The notes below the pieces were generated by a model that was not told the DNA's origin, did not search any database, and was given only the letters and a program-made list of their open reading frames with translations. From NCBI GenBank assembly GCA_002269645.1, contig NIVC01000907.1, positions 62,001 through 126,000 on the forward strand: 64,000 nucleotides of DNA. Reading direction: 5' to 3'. Shown here in pieces: positions 22,773 to 34,614 of this stretch. Each line of letters starts with the position of its first letter. Position 1 is the stretch's first letter. The stretch is from Macrostomum lignano (taxonomy: Eukaryota). Position numbers and translations under genes: made by a program.

Positions 22773-23794
22773 CTACTGCGTGAAAATGAAAGAAGTTAGT
22801 TGGCAGGTTCGAGTCGACAGTGGCAGAGCAGCTCCAGGAGACTCCTGCCCTTCGCGCACGTGTCGTGCCAGCCGATCTCTCACAATGACAACCAGGGCGT
22901 CGGACGCCGCACAATGGGGCGAAATCAACGGGATGGCCGGATAGTGCAAGTCAAGGCTGATGCGGTCGCGTCGGAGGGCCAGCTCGTTGGCTTCCAGCGA
23001 GACGAGGCTGACCGATTGATGGCTGCTCAGCAGCTGGTTGGTCTTGTGGCAGTTTGTCCTCAACACCGTTGCTGATGCGTCCGGGGGGCAGACCACCTGC
23101 ACAGGCCAGATCGTCGCGTTGGGGAAGGCCTTCTTTAGGTTGCTGAAGCTCGCCTTCCAGAGTCTTGCGATGGAAAGGTCAAAGCTCTGGCGGTGGAGGT
23201 CATTGTAGCCAGCCCAGATGATGATGCGGCTGGTGGTGGGGCTCGCGTTCTCGACTCTGCAGATACTTTTGATATAGTCCAGCGTGAGGTCGGGAAAGCA
23301 GTGCACGTCCAAGTCCGGAGACTTGAAGGGTTTTCACGAACTTCACGTTTTGGTCCGCGATCACCAGGGTGGGCGTCTGTCTCGATCTCAGGTGCCAGTT
23401 CTTTTTTGAGCCACCGTGGAAGATGACGTTGGGAATTCTCGGCTTCCCTGTGCGTTTCTTGAAGCAAGACGGCACTGGGGCGGAGGTGGGCAAGACGTTC
23501 GGCTAATTCCGTTTGGCGTGCCTGCAGCCCGTTGCAGTTGAGCTGCAGGATGTGGAGTTCTCGGCCACGCTTGATGCTCCGTTTGTGCGTCATTTTACTG
23601 CGCTTCTCCTTCGGCTGCTCTTCACTGGCGTGGCCGCCGCGGAGTCTGTGGACGGTATAGATTCCTGCAATATCTTCGGTATCGGCACTCTCGTGGTGGA
23701 TGTCCGGGGCTTTAGTTGCGTAGTATTCCTGTTGGTCACGACACTTCGTCGTCTCCATGATGATACGGGACACGTCCGGCGGCCCGTCAGGCAA
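22773..23794 (-). mobile_element. Degenerate non-LTR retrotransposon-like fragment: AP-endonuclease N-terminus followed by an SGNH/GDSL esterase domain
   Basis: LHILQLNCNGL...AVLLQETH is the APE motif I/II signature. TLVIADQNV (block I-like), VHCFPD, IIIWAGYNDL (GxND) and RDRISLDLHY are SGNH-like. Two frameshifts; no RT seen. Confidence 0.65.
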
Positions 23795-24002
23795 GGCAGC
23801 CGTCCTGGACGTGGGTCGCGTGAAGGGGGTCGCTTGTCATGGGTCGGTGCTGGCCGGCCCACTCCGCACGATTTTGCAACTCGGTCAGACGGTTGCCTTT
23901 AGTGCGGACCCCTCTCCGCACCTTAGTGTGGACCCTTCTCATGCACTCGGTCCAGTGTATAAGAAATCACTGGACTTTCTCATGCCCTGCTGCTGGTGCT
24001 GC

Positions 24003-24770
24003 CTAGCCGAGTGCCAGCCATTGCCGTTGTGAGACGCCAGTCGAGTGCTGCTGCTGGAGTGCTGCTGGGCGGTGACTAATCGTAGCCACCCACCTCATAG
24101 AAGCTGGAGGAGATGCCGGAGGTCCGGGCGGCAGCTCCCTGCCTGTCAGCGTTGCGGCTGGACTTTGACTGTCGCTGCCGAGACGCCTCACAGCTGAACG
24201 AATCCAACGCTTCAGCATTTTACTCGCTTCCCTCTGCCGACTGAATTTCGAATGGGCATGGACCAGCCAGTGTCCTGGTTGCTGCTTGAAGCCTGCTGCA
24301 GAGCTGGCCTTGCTGTGGCGACCTGCCAAATCTACAGGCGACTTGAGCATCGCGACCGACCGGCCTCCGGGACTGCGGCTGGCGAAGTGCTTGGGCCCGT
24401 TGGCATTTGCGGAAGCTGCTGTGGCTGCTGGTGCTATTGCTGATGGCTGGCTGTTGAATGAAAACTGCAAGAAAGTATCAAAGCTGTCATTGTGCAGAGG
24501 AGCATCTGCGGATGCAGCGGGGGCGGCTACAGCTGTGGAAGTAGCGGCGGTGGCGGCGGTGGTTACTGACGGCTGCTGCTGTTGACTTACGCGTAGCTGC
24601 GTGCGCTGGCGCCGGCAGCGAATGTAGCAGCACTGCAGGGCCTTGAAAGTGAACGCCAGGGCCAGCATGGTGACAACAGCGACCGCCACAACTGCCGCCG
24701 TCACCCAGGCTCCGCTGAGCAGCTCCTGGTCCAGGCTTGTGCGTTCTCGATTGGCAGTCGGAAAAAATTC
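24003..24770 (-). CDS. Possible terminal exon of a single-pass membrane protein (TM plus low-complexity tail); upstream exons not identified
   Basis: Open frame from candidate acceptor CTAATTTCACGAAACGCAG; hydrophobic WVTAAVVAVAVVTMLALAFTF followed by CCYIRCRRQR (stop-transfer-like). Confidence 0.35.
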   Translation of the reverse strand, partial: EFFPTANRERTSLDQELLSGAWVTAAVVAVAVVTMLALAFTFKALQCCYIRCRRQRTQLRVSQQQQPSVTTAATAATSTAVAAPAASADAPLHNDSFDTFLQFSFNSQPSAIAPAATAASANANGPKHFASRSPGGRSVAMLKSPVDLAGRHSKASSAAGFKQQPGHWLVHAHSKFSRQREASKMLKRWIRSAVRRLGSDSQSPAATLTGRELPPGPPASPPASMRWVATISHRPAALQQQHSTGVSQRQWLALG

Positions 24771-24804
24771 CTGCGTTTCGTGAAATTAGGGATTCGCAAT
24801 GGTC

Positions 24805-24903
24805 TGGTCAGCTCCCAATGGGTGCAGGTTTCAGAGCTATTTCCGAGGGAGCAATGATCTGGTCAGCTCCCAATGGGCGCAGGTTTCAGAGCTATTTCCG
24901 AGA
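24805..24903. repeat. Direct duplication of about 43-56 bp (TGGTCAGCTCCCAATGGGYGCAGGTTTCAGAGCTATTTCCGAG x2)
   Basis: Two near-identical adjacent copies. Confidence 0.85.
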
Positions 24904-25888
24904 GAGCAAGGCAGAAGTAATAGCTCGTACATCATTTTGCTTTGCTTTTTCACTAAAATCGAGACATTTGACGGTACCATCGTTTCTTCAAAGCACGGTT
25001 TGCTGCTAAATTTATGCACTTTGGAGCTACCCGAATAATTTTTCCGAGTTGTCCCGCATATCTGATCATTTATCTCGTCCTTCTGGTTCGAGTCAAGCGC
25101 TCTGGCTGACTGCATGAGACAGGGATTATTTGAATGAAAGACTTATGGACGAAAGCCGCAAATTTTTTCCCGAAATTCTCAGCTTTGCTTTTTGATTTGG
25201 AGAATTTCTTATTGCACATTTGAATTGAAGCTGCGAGCTCACGGGGCGAAAAGAACCAATCCGCTAGCGGTCTCTTTGATCAGTTGCAAAAAAGTTCCAA
25301 AGCAAGCCTGCAAGTCGGCTCTCACAAAAGGCTTGCCACGCGATTTCGGCAAGAATCCTCGATATCCGACTGAAGCTGCTCACCTGTGCAGGACCTGTCG
25401 CCTACTGTACGAGTACCTGACGGATCAGTTGGCTCTGCAGCTACTGCTTTTAGGAGCAAGGTTTGCTGCTGCAGAAATGCTTGAACTGCTGCGCCATTTG
25501 ACCACCCGACCGCCCCGCTTGCACCCTTGCGCGAGGTCCGGTACTGGCTGATGGCGAGAGCCTCCCCAATGCAGCTTGGCGCCAGACAGAACAGGGGGGT
25601 GGGGCAGCGGATGGGAAGTGGAGCTGAAGGTGGCCAGCAAATTCGAATGGGCTTGTAGTAGCAACAGCACTTGCTCCATCCGGTCAGGCAAGGGGGTAGA
25701 GAAATGGCGAACTGAGTGATTCAGCAAAGAGGCTGGCCGGAGACTGGGTCGGGCGGCCAACTGGATTACCGATTCAGTACTGCCGCGGTCGCCACGAATA
25801 GGGGGTTGGCTAGCGGCAGCAAATTGCTATGGCCCGCCGCGCTCTGCTGCAGCTGCAGCTTCCGACCGCTTCATCATGCTTCATCGAT

Positions 25889-26075
25889 TGCCATAGCCAT
25901 AGCCATAGCCATAGCCATAGCCATGGCCATAGCCATAGACATGGCCATAGCCATAGTCATAGCCATAGCCATAGCCATAGTCATAGCCATATCCATAGCC
26001 ATAGCCATAGTCATAGCCATAGCCATAGCCATAGACATAGCCATAGCCATAACCATAGCCATAGTCATAGTCATG
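25889..26075. repeat. (GCCATA)n hexamer microsatellite
   Basis: Direct; explains the AI/HS/YG repeat ORFs. Confidence 0.97.
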
Positions 26076-26457
26076 TTTGAAACCGGAAGTGATCGAGGCC
26101 GGAAGACCACGCCTCACGGTGACCGAATCTTTGGGTGAAATTTCTCATTGCCAGCCTCGTAGATAAGTCAATAAATTTTCTGCCTACTCTAGTCAACAAG
26201 CTAGTGAATTAAATTCATTGTTAAAAGCATCAATGGTGCAGTGAGCCAATAGTTTGACATTGAGGTGAGGATTCAATCTCTATCCCGACATGCATCCTTC
26301 AGCATTCCCCTACTTGACACTTGAATTCCAAAAATAAAGCCAAATTCCATTTTAACGACGCAGCCTGTAGCCAATTTGCTGAGGGAATTCATCTGATTAT
26401 CTGCTTCAGTGGGACATCGGTATCGCACTGGCAAAAGTCTTCCTCACTTATGCTTAC

Positions 26458-27078
26458 CCCGATGAGAACGGTACCCAGGCCAAGAATCAAGCGTTGCAGA
26501 TGACAGGTCAAATAGGAAAGAAGGGATTCTAAACGACTCTAAAACGACGACATGCCACAGTACAAGTCTCCAAAAGTTCGCCAAAGAGTTGCCCCAGAAT
26601 AACTTTGAAGCGTTTTATTGTCTGCGACTCTGAAACGATTCTGGGGCGACGCAAGTGATTCTGGCGCGACTCTGGTGACTCTGGGGCGACGGTATAGCGA
26701 TTGTGGGGCCGTAGAGTCGTATATGAGGCGTTCTAGTCGCATTAGAGTCACTGAGTTGTGTTTGAATCGCATTTGCGTCACTTGATGAAATTACAGTCAC
26801 ATTTCCGGCATTTCAGCGGCGTTCTGCAGTCGCATAAAAGTCGCAGAAAAAAGCGCTTTTTGCGTCACTGTAGAATCGTTAGTGCGTCACTTCTGAGGCG
26901 TTCTAGGCGAATAGAAAACGCAGCTCATCGACCGTGATTTGTACCGTGACAGCTCGTTTTAGAGTCGTTTAGAATTACTTTCCTATTTGCCCTATCATCT
27001 GCAACGCGTGTGAACCGATTCTGGGGCGACGCAAGTGACTCCGGGGCGATTCTTGGCCTGGGTACCGTTTTCATCGGG
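26458..27078. mobile_element. MITE-like element of about 620 bp with CCC-starting TIRs and GACTCT/AGAGTC-rich interior
   Basis: CCCGATGAGAACGGTACCCAGGCCAAGAATC at 26458 versus GATTCTTGGCCTGGGTACCGTTTTCATCGGG ending 27078; further inverted match 26490-26550 versus 26955-27005; no clean TSD. Confidence 0.65.
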
Positions 27079-30000
27079 CAATGAACACTCAGTTTTAGCC
27101 TATAGAACCCTGATTGCACTCTAACTAACCTACTGTGTTGTAGAAAGTTAAGCGCCAGCACAATAATTCTTCGCGACTCTTTTACGATTCTACAACTCAC
27201 GTGACGCGATTGGAATACAGAATACGCCTCTCCGTTAAAAAGTCACAAGAGTCGCCCCAGACGCACAAGTCACTAGAGAGTTGTTTGCAATGACTCTTTA
27301 GTGATTCTTGTCCCGGTATGGTTCTCAACGGGTACGATCGTGGAGTGCGCGTTGGCCAAACTCGATTCTAAAGACGCTCCGTAGGTACGAGCTAATTCGA
27401 TTCCGCAAATTGCCTTTCGATGCTGCACCGAAGTCACTTCCTGTTCGTCAATTTTCGTCAACCTTTTGATGATAGACATTCGAAGGTTTTTTCAAGAGGT
27501 GTCTCGCAACTGGCTGCCGTTCTTATTGACTCGGGAAACCTTATAACACCCAAAGTCTAGTTTCAAGGTGCCACATTTTCTTAAAAAATAGTCATTGTGG
27601 TGGTCCAAACGCTGAGATCTCCCGGATTTTGGATGTCATTTTGTGTGCAACATTTGAAACAAGTTTGTTCAGAATGGACAACGGTACGCGCTATTAAGGA
27701 GAGGATCGAGACATCATGAACTGACTCCTATCATGAAGGAGCACTTAAGTCGCAAAAGTTAATTGCGAACCTGTTAGCGAATAAACATTTCACCGCCAGC
27801 AAGAAAATTGGCCTGATCTGAAAGACGGGGATCTCATCTGACTTGCCAGTGCATGCTGCTTCCCCATTCCCAACGGTGCGGTGAATAATACGCTCGTATT
27901 AATCAGAAGAATGGAGTCCATTTTTGTATTTTTAATTTGTAAAGTTACAAATGTACTTGTACCTGCAAGAAAAGGTACAGAGCATGCTACATGTAGTAGA
28001 CCATAGTAACAATTTAACGGTACGACAGAGTAAAGGTTATTCGGAACTAAAATTTTTATTGGAAAAATATGAATTGTTGCCAAGCTATTTTGGGCTATGA
28101 ATATGGTTTATTTAAAAATTGCTGCTTTTACATGCAGTAAAATTACGACGCTTTTATTATATAGGGTTTCTTCGATAGTACTCCGTTTAAACACATTAAC
28201 GGCGTACTATCTAATTAATTTTAAGGTTGGTAAATTTACGAAGAGAAAGCAGTAGTATGAAAACAACTGCATGTCAGCAGTTTGTCTACCTTGGCGGCCT
28301 GGTTCTCGACATCCGCGAGGAGCTGCAGTGTCGCCGTGCGCCTGCTTGGGCTGCTTTTAGAGGCAGTCCTACAGTCCGAGGCCCTAACTGACCACCGGAG
28401 GGCAGAAATTTTTGAGGCGGTGGTCCAGTTCGTCCTGCTTTAGTACAACTCCCAGAACTAGATGCTGACAGGGCACTCGCTTCAAGACCCGCTACGAGCG
28501 AGTTACCAACGTGGCACAGCGGCAGCGCAGTGACTCTCCAGCTCGCAGAGATTCGTGCAGAGTCGCACTGCAGAAAGTGCTGGAGGCATCCTACCGGCGA
28601 GGACAAGCGCGCATTGTGCGCTTCGTCGACTGCCTGTTGACTGATGCTGTGCGCCCCGGATTCGGTCGGCCATCACAGAAGGACGCAACTGGCGCACTGC
28701 ACCAGACGCCTGGCTGCTCGCTCATCGCGTCACTCCGCACTTGGAAACCAGCGAAGCACCAGCCGAACTGCTCATGAGCCGACCTCTCAACAACGGCGTC
28801 CCGTCAATTCAACCACCGTAGTTTGTGCAGCACGACCGAGCCCAGCTCACACGGCCTACAACAACCAGATGGCAGCAGGTTTCGGCGGTTCTCCGCAAGC
28901 GGATGAGACGCACGAAAATTTAGACACCTTTCGACTGTCACCGACAAGCTAGGCGATTCCTACCTCCTGCGACCGGACACGCGCTCGCCACCTGACGCAT
29001 ATCCGACTCTGACAGCGGCCTAGGGCCTGCCACCAGAAGCGGATGCTGGCGCGGCACCCGTGAGCTGTCAAGGACCAGCCTATCAGCTACAGAATTTCAC
29101 TCGTAGTTTGTGCTAATAACTGAGCCAAGTATTCCGCATTTTACGAGCTAGCTCGTTTCGTTTTTTGAGGAGAATTGTAATTTTCTGGCAATAATGTTAT
29201 TCATTTGCTCTAAATAACTGAATTATATTCTAACGTACTGTAAATGTACGTATCGGGTTGCACGTTGACAATAAAATTGCCGTACGTTCTAGCATTTAAT
29301 TTTACAATCGCCAATTTTGGTTAGTTAGGGCCCGCGCTTACTCGCTTTACCTTTTAGCCAAAGAAAAGACTACACACGTAGATTAGTGTGATCGGGATGA
29401 AATGACGTTGCAATTTTCATGGGTTAAGCTGCATATGCACGCACTGTTATAAGCGCGCCTACGTATTTTTGACGAAGCTTGGTCTAAGAGAGCAGATTCA
29501 AATTTGCAACTTTCAGCACAACTTAAAGTATACAAGTAAACTCCCCTTCAGACCACTATCATGCATCGTGCAACCAGCTTATTTACATCGATCTTTGACT
29601 TTCATTCGTAAAATTTATTAAGGGCCTGTCACCTGTCAGTTGTTTTGCAACACGTCCAGTGCGCTCTTGTGCCACCTGCGCGCTTATGCAAGCGCGAGTT
29701 GATGACATTGCGCGCTTATGCGTCCCATGTTTATGACCATCAAAAGCAACTGTGAATTGGTCGTTGCCATCGAGAGAAGGTGACAGTGCTGAGCATAAGG
29801 GGGGTGCATTTAGCGATGGCTGGACGTACATAATAAAGCAGTGCATTATGTTGTCTGTCTGTCTTTGTTTTTATTGGTTTCACTGAAATAGAAGTTTGAT
29901 TGGTATGTCATCTGTTTGCAGACGCTTCAGCAAATAAAAGAAGGATGTACTGTGGCTGCTCTACAGACCCCCTTTTGGGCCATAGACAATGAGAAGCAAG

Positions 30001-30444
30001 ACTTCAGCAGCTTGGTTCTCACACCAAGGGATAGAACTGCTTGATCCTAGGCTTGATTGCCGCGGAAACTGCTATGTCATTATTCAACCTATTTCTAAAA
30101 TTAGCTCAAACACGCTTGTATGATGCTTGACAGTAAGAAAATCCCTGTTTCCAACTTGGTTGTGAGCATAATTACAGACCTTAGTTACTCCTCATCCGCA
30201 GACGACAATTATCTTGAAATGCAAAGAATTTTTGCTACTAAAGGCGTTCAGTAATTACAGACCCTTTTAATTATTGCTGGGGCGAGTCTGAAGCGCGAAA
30301 TTTTTGAGGAGGATTTAAGATAATAGTTGACGTCATTCTGTGACAATTCTGTCACTGAACTCAAGCTGGCATCATTCCCCCTTATCAATGCAGATGGAGG
30401 CAGGGTATTTTCCTCACTTCTCCATAAGCAGCTCCCCACCTTTT

Positions 30445-30960
30445 CCTGGGAATTTAATTCCCCTCCAAACAGGTGATTCCCCGCCTCCTGGGAGTTTAAT
30501 TCCCCTAAACAGGTAATTCCCCGCCTCCTGGGAGTTTGATTCCCCCAAACAGGTAATTCCCCGCCTCCTGGGAGTTTAATTCCCCCCAAACAGGTAATTC
30601 CCCGCCTCCTGGGAGTTTGATTCCCCCAAACAGGTAATTCCCCGCCTCCTGGGAGTTTAATTCCCCCCAAACAGGTAATTCCCCGCCTCCTGGGAGTTTG
30701 ATTCCCCCCAAACAGGTAATTCCCCGCCTCCTGGGAGTTTAATTCCCCCCCAAACAGGTAATTCCCCGCCTCCTGGGAGTTTAATTCCCCCCAAACAGGT
30801 AATTCCTCACTTACTCCTGGGAGTTTAATTCCCCCAAACAGGAAATTCCCCGCCTCCTGGGAGTTTAATTCCCCCCAAACCCCAAACGGGTAATTCCGCA
30901 ACTACTTCAGCGAGAGTTTAATTCCCCCAAACAGGAAATTTCCCACCTACTCCTGGCAAT
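30445..30960. repeat. About 39-41-bp minisatellite (AAACAGGTAATTCCCCGCCTCCTGGGAGTTTAATTCCCCCC)
   Basis: Direct tandem copies with a variable C-run and degenerate ends. Confidence 0.93.
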
Positions 30961-31261
30961 TTCATTCCCCCTAATAGATAAATCACACCGACATTCCTAA
31001 AATTCACTGAATTTATCAAAGGAATTCCACGGAAGAAATTCGCCTTTCTTGCAGATTGACTAACAGCCAAACAGAGTCCAGCTAGCAGGCAATTTTCCTT
31101 CTCAATCGGTACCTCGAATCAAAGAGAAATGTGTCAGTAATCTCGTTTGTCGAGTGCAGTGCAAATATACCGGCTGCTCAGTTGTACGTGTAGTTATGGT
31201 ACACAAATTTGCGGATGGTTGGGACAATGTAGACGTGAACCAGAAGGATCTGGGCATCAGA

Positions 31262-31800
31262 CAAAAGACAGAGGACAGAGGACAAAGGACAGAGGACAAA
31301 GGACAGAGGACAAAGGACAGAGGACAAAGGACAGAGGACAAAGGACAGAGGACAAAGGACAGAGGACAAAGGACAGAGGACAAAGGACAGAGGACAAAGG
31401 ACAGAGGACAAAGGACAGAGGACAAAGGACAGAGGACAAAGGACAGAGGACAAAGGACAGAGGACAAAGGACAGAGGACAAAGGACAGAGGACAAAGGAC
31501 AGAGGACAAAGGACAGAGGACAAAGGACAGAGGACAAAGGACAGAGGACAAAGGACAGAGGACAAAGGACAGAGGACAAAGGACAGAGGACAAAGGACAG
31601 AGGACAAAGGACAGAGGACAAAGGACAGAGGACAAAGGACAGAGGACAAAGGACAGAGGACAAAGGACAGAGGACAAAGGACAGAGGACAAAGGACAGAG
31701 GACAAAGGACAGAGGACAAAGGATAGAGGACAAAGGACAGAGGACAAAGGACAGAGGACAAAGGACAGAGGACAGAGGACAAAGGACAGAGGACAAAGGA
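31262..31800. repeat. 14-bp minisatellite (GGACAGAGGACAAA)n
   Basis: Direct. Confidence 0.97.
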
Positions 31801-32162
31801 CAAAAGACAAAGTGCTTAAAAACTGAAAGCTTTCTATCTTGCTAATGCATGTGTCAGCAAAGCGTGTTTCTAATTTATTTGTTCAGTGACATGGGCAGAG
31901 GACAGAGGACAAAGGACAGAGGACAAAGGACAAAAGACAAAGTGCTTAAAAACTGAAAGCTTTCTATCTTGCTAATGCATGTGTCAGCAAAGCGTGTTTC
32001 TAATTTATTTGTTCAGTGACATGGGCAGAGGACAGAGGACAAAGGACAGAGGACAAAGGACAAAAGACAAAGTGCTTAAAAACTGAAAGCTTTCTATCTT
32101 GCTAATGCATGTGTCAGCAAAGCGTGTTTCTAATTTATTTGTTCAGTGACATGGGCAGAGGA
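31771..32162. repeat. 130-bp tandem triplication including the end of the 14-bp array
   Basis: CAAAAGACAAAGTGCTT at 31801, 31931 and 32061. Confidence 0.95.
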
Positions 32163-33250
32163 CACTGCGCAGTGGACATTGAACAGACAGCTTTCTAATT
32201 TTGCAGTGAATCGCACGGGACATGCAAAATATTGTTTGCAAAGACTTTCACAATACACATTCGGAACATGCAGATTTCCAAGAGCGGAGAGTCAGTAGAG
32301 AGAGTGGCGTCACCGACTGCACAAGCCGAGCGCCAGCAGGAAGCAAATGATGAATTGATGGCAACAGGAGCAGCGGAGTGAGGGAGCACAGGACTGCCAG
32401 TTGAGGCAGTCAGATTCGAATTTGTCATGGCAGGCAAGGCAGGAGAGCAGAGCGAAGCCCTCAGCGCAGCGGTCTCCGGGCCAGGGAGCCGGCAGAATCC
32501 TGACAAAGTTGGCCTCATCAACTCCTCTCGATGGCAGTGGGACTGAGGGAACTGCCTGGGCTGGCTGGTGATTTCCTCTGCAGTTTTGCGTGCGTCAACT
32601 GAGCGCAGCGGAGACCCCTCGTGTGTGAAATGAAATTCAAACAGTCGCTGGGCGCTCAGCTACGGGAAACTTTTACGAAAGATTATTTAACAACTTTAAT
32701 TAGAGGGATAAGCAACAAGACTAATAGCTGTCATCCGGGTTGCACTCTCTGCCAGTGAGGGATGTGTTTTGAAAGCGTGTGCATGGGGTTCACATGTTTA
32801 CGGACTGGGCTCAGCATCAGTTTGAGTAGCTCCAGCAGCCCCATCTGTTCCATGCAGAAGTATGGGGCTGCTAGCGACAGTAATAAGCTTTTGAAAAGTT
32901 TATGAGTAGTGGTTAATAGTGTAGTTTATACATGTTAGAGATGAGTATAGTGATAAAAAAGCATCCCTAGAAAAGAATGTTCGGTACGAGCTAGAATCGA
33001 AAGAATGAAGCGATTGAAAAGGGCGCAAATTAGATTTGGAACAAAGAGCCGACCAAATCATGTGCTCAGCTTGAGAAAATCAGCAGCTGAGGATGCAGGA
33101 GTCAGTTGCATCGATCAGCTGTCTGACACTGGATTGTCATGCATCTGAGCCTGGGATCTGGGAGCGAGTAGAGAATGACAACTGACAAACTGGCAGTTTT
33201 CCAGCGGGGGCAGCAGTCGGATTTCACTTCCGATTCAATTTTGAGTCAGT

Positions 33251-34614
33251 TTACTCGAGCCGCTCGGGCTCATCCTCAGCTTCAGCCTGTGGCCGGTTGA
33301 CTATAGCCTGGTGCTGCTGGTGATTTGGTGACTCTTGATGAGGATGCAGCAGCTGCTGGTGCTGCTGGTGCTGCTGGTGCTGCTGGTGCTGCTGGTGCTG
33401 CTGGCGCGAGCAGTACGAGTGCAGCTGCAGCTGCTCAGTCCTGGCCCTGGCAGCTCTGGATTCGGCATCACACTTGCATGTCAGGATCAGCCTGAAGTAC
33501 TTTTTGAACTTCGAGCTGATAAGCAGCAGGCAGAGAGGGTTAATTGCGCTGTTGGCGTAGCTCATCAGCAGCGTGATTGGCAGGGCCGTTGTCATGGCAA
33601 CGTAGACGCGCCCCACCTGGCTGTCGTTTGCGTTTGCTGCTGAAGGCTCGGTGGCGTTGCCGGTGGAGAGCAGCTCGGAGCCGCGCAGCTGGCGCAGGTC
33701 CATGTAGATCATGACTACGTAATGCGGCAGCCAGCACACGGCGAAGGCCATCAGCAGGGCGATCATCATCTTGCTGACCTTGACTCGCCCCCGGCTCACT
33801 GCGCGGAGGCTGTTCTGGTGCGTCTCGTTGGTCACCTGTCGAGTGAACTTTACCGTGGAGACGAGAGTGCGGCCCAGCATTGAGTAGAAGATGGCCATGG
33901 CGATGAGGGGGGCCATGTACAGTGCGATGAACAGGAACAGCGTGTAGGCAAGCTTGTTGGCTGGCGATGCCCACTCCTCCTGGCAGGACAGGATGGAGGT
34001 CTTCCAGAACAGCTGGTGCTCGGTGATCCGGTGCACGGCAGCGATGGGGCTGCTAATGAGAGCGGCGAGAGTCCAAATGGCCGCCATCCAGAGGCACATG
34101 ACCCGGTTGGAGAGTCGCTCCTTGGCCGTCATGGGGTAGCGGATCACCAGGTAGCGCTTGATGGACATGGAAGCCAAGGAGCCGATGCTGACGCACACAG
34201 AGACACACTGCAGGAAGGGAGACAGCTTGCAGAGGGCCACACCAAGGTGCCAGCGCGTCTGCAACAGGTTGTAGACGGTGATCGGCACGCAGACGAGGAA
34301 CACCAGCAGATCGCTGACGGCCAGGTTCAGCAGGAAGATGTTGGTGCGAGAGCGCATTGAAGGGAACAGCAGAATGCTGAAGATGACGAGGAAGTTGCCG
34401 AGGACGCCACAGGCGAACAGCATGCGAGGGCGGTGATCATGCCCAGCTTGAAGCCCATGCCCTGATTCTCGAAGTAGTCGTCCAGCATATTTCGACAGAA
34501 CTCGGACTGCTCCATCTCGATGTAGCAGCGGTTGAATGTGTTCAACCGGGCGCTCAAGTCATCTTGCGACATGTTGGCGCCCGCGGCGCCGAGCTTCTCG
34601 AACAGGCTGGTCAT
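33251..34614 (-). CDS. Intronless class A (rhodopsin-like) neuropeptide GPCR, orexin/allatotropin-receptor-like; one 1-nt frameshift near 34425
   Basis: TM1 GVLGN, TM2 LNLAVSD, WHLGVALCKL, ECL2 CQEEW, TM6 CWLP, TM7 YANSAINP, poly-Q tail. The N-terminus (MTSLFEK..., sequon NMS) is in the overlapping ORF 34327-34614. The subfamily call is by resemblance only. Confidence 0.9.

Noticed and set aside
25829-26138. His-Ser, Ala-Ile or Gly-Tyr repeat proteins
   Set aside because: Translations of the (GCCATA)n microsatellite.
27790-27960. P-loop-like VLFTAPLGMGKQ fragment (helicase exon?)
   Set aside because: Single imperfect Walker A with no Walker B or other helicase motif nearby.
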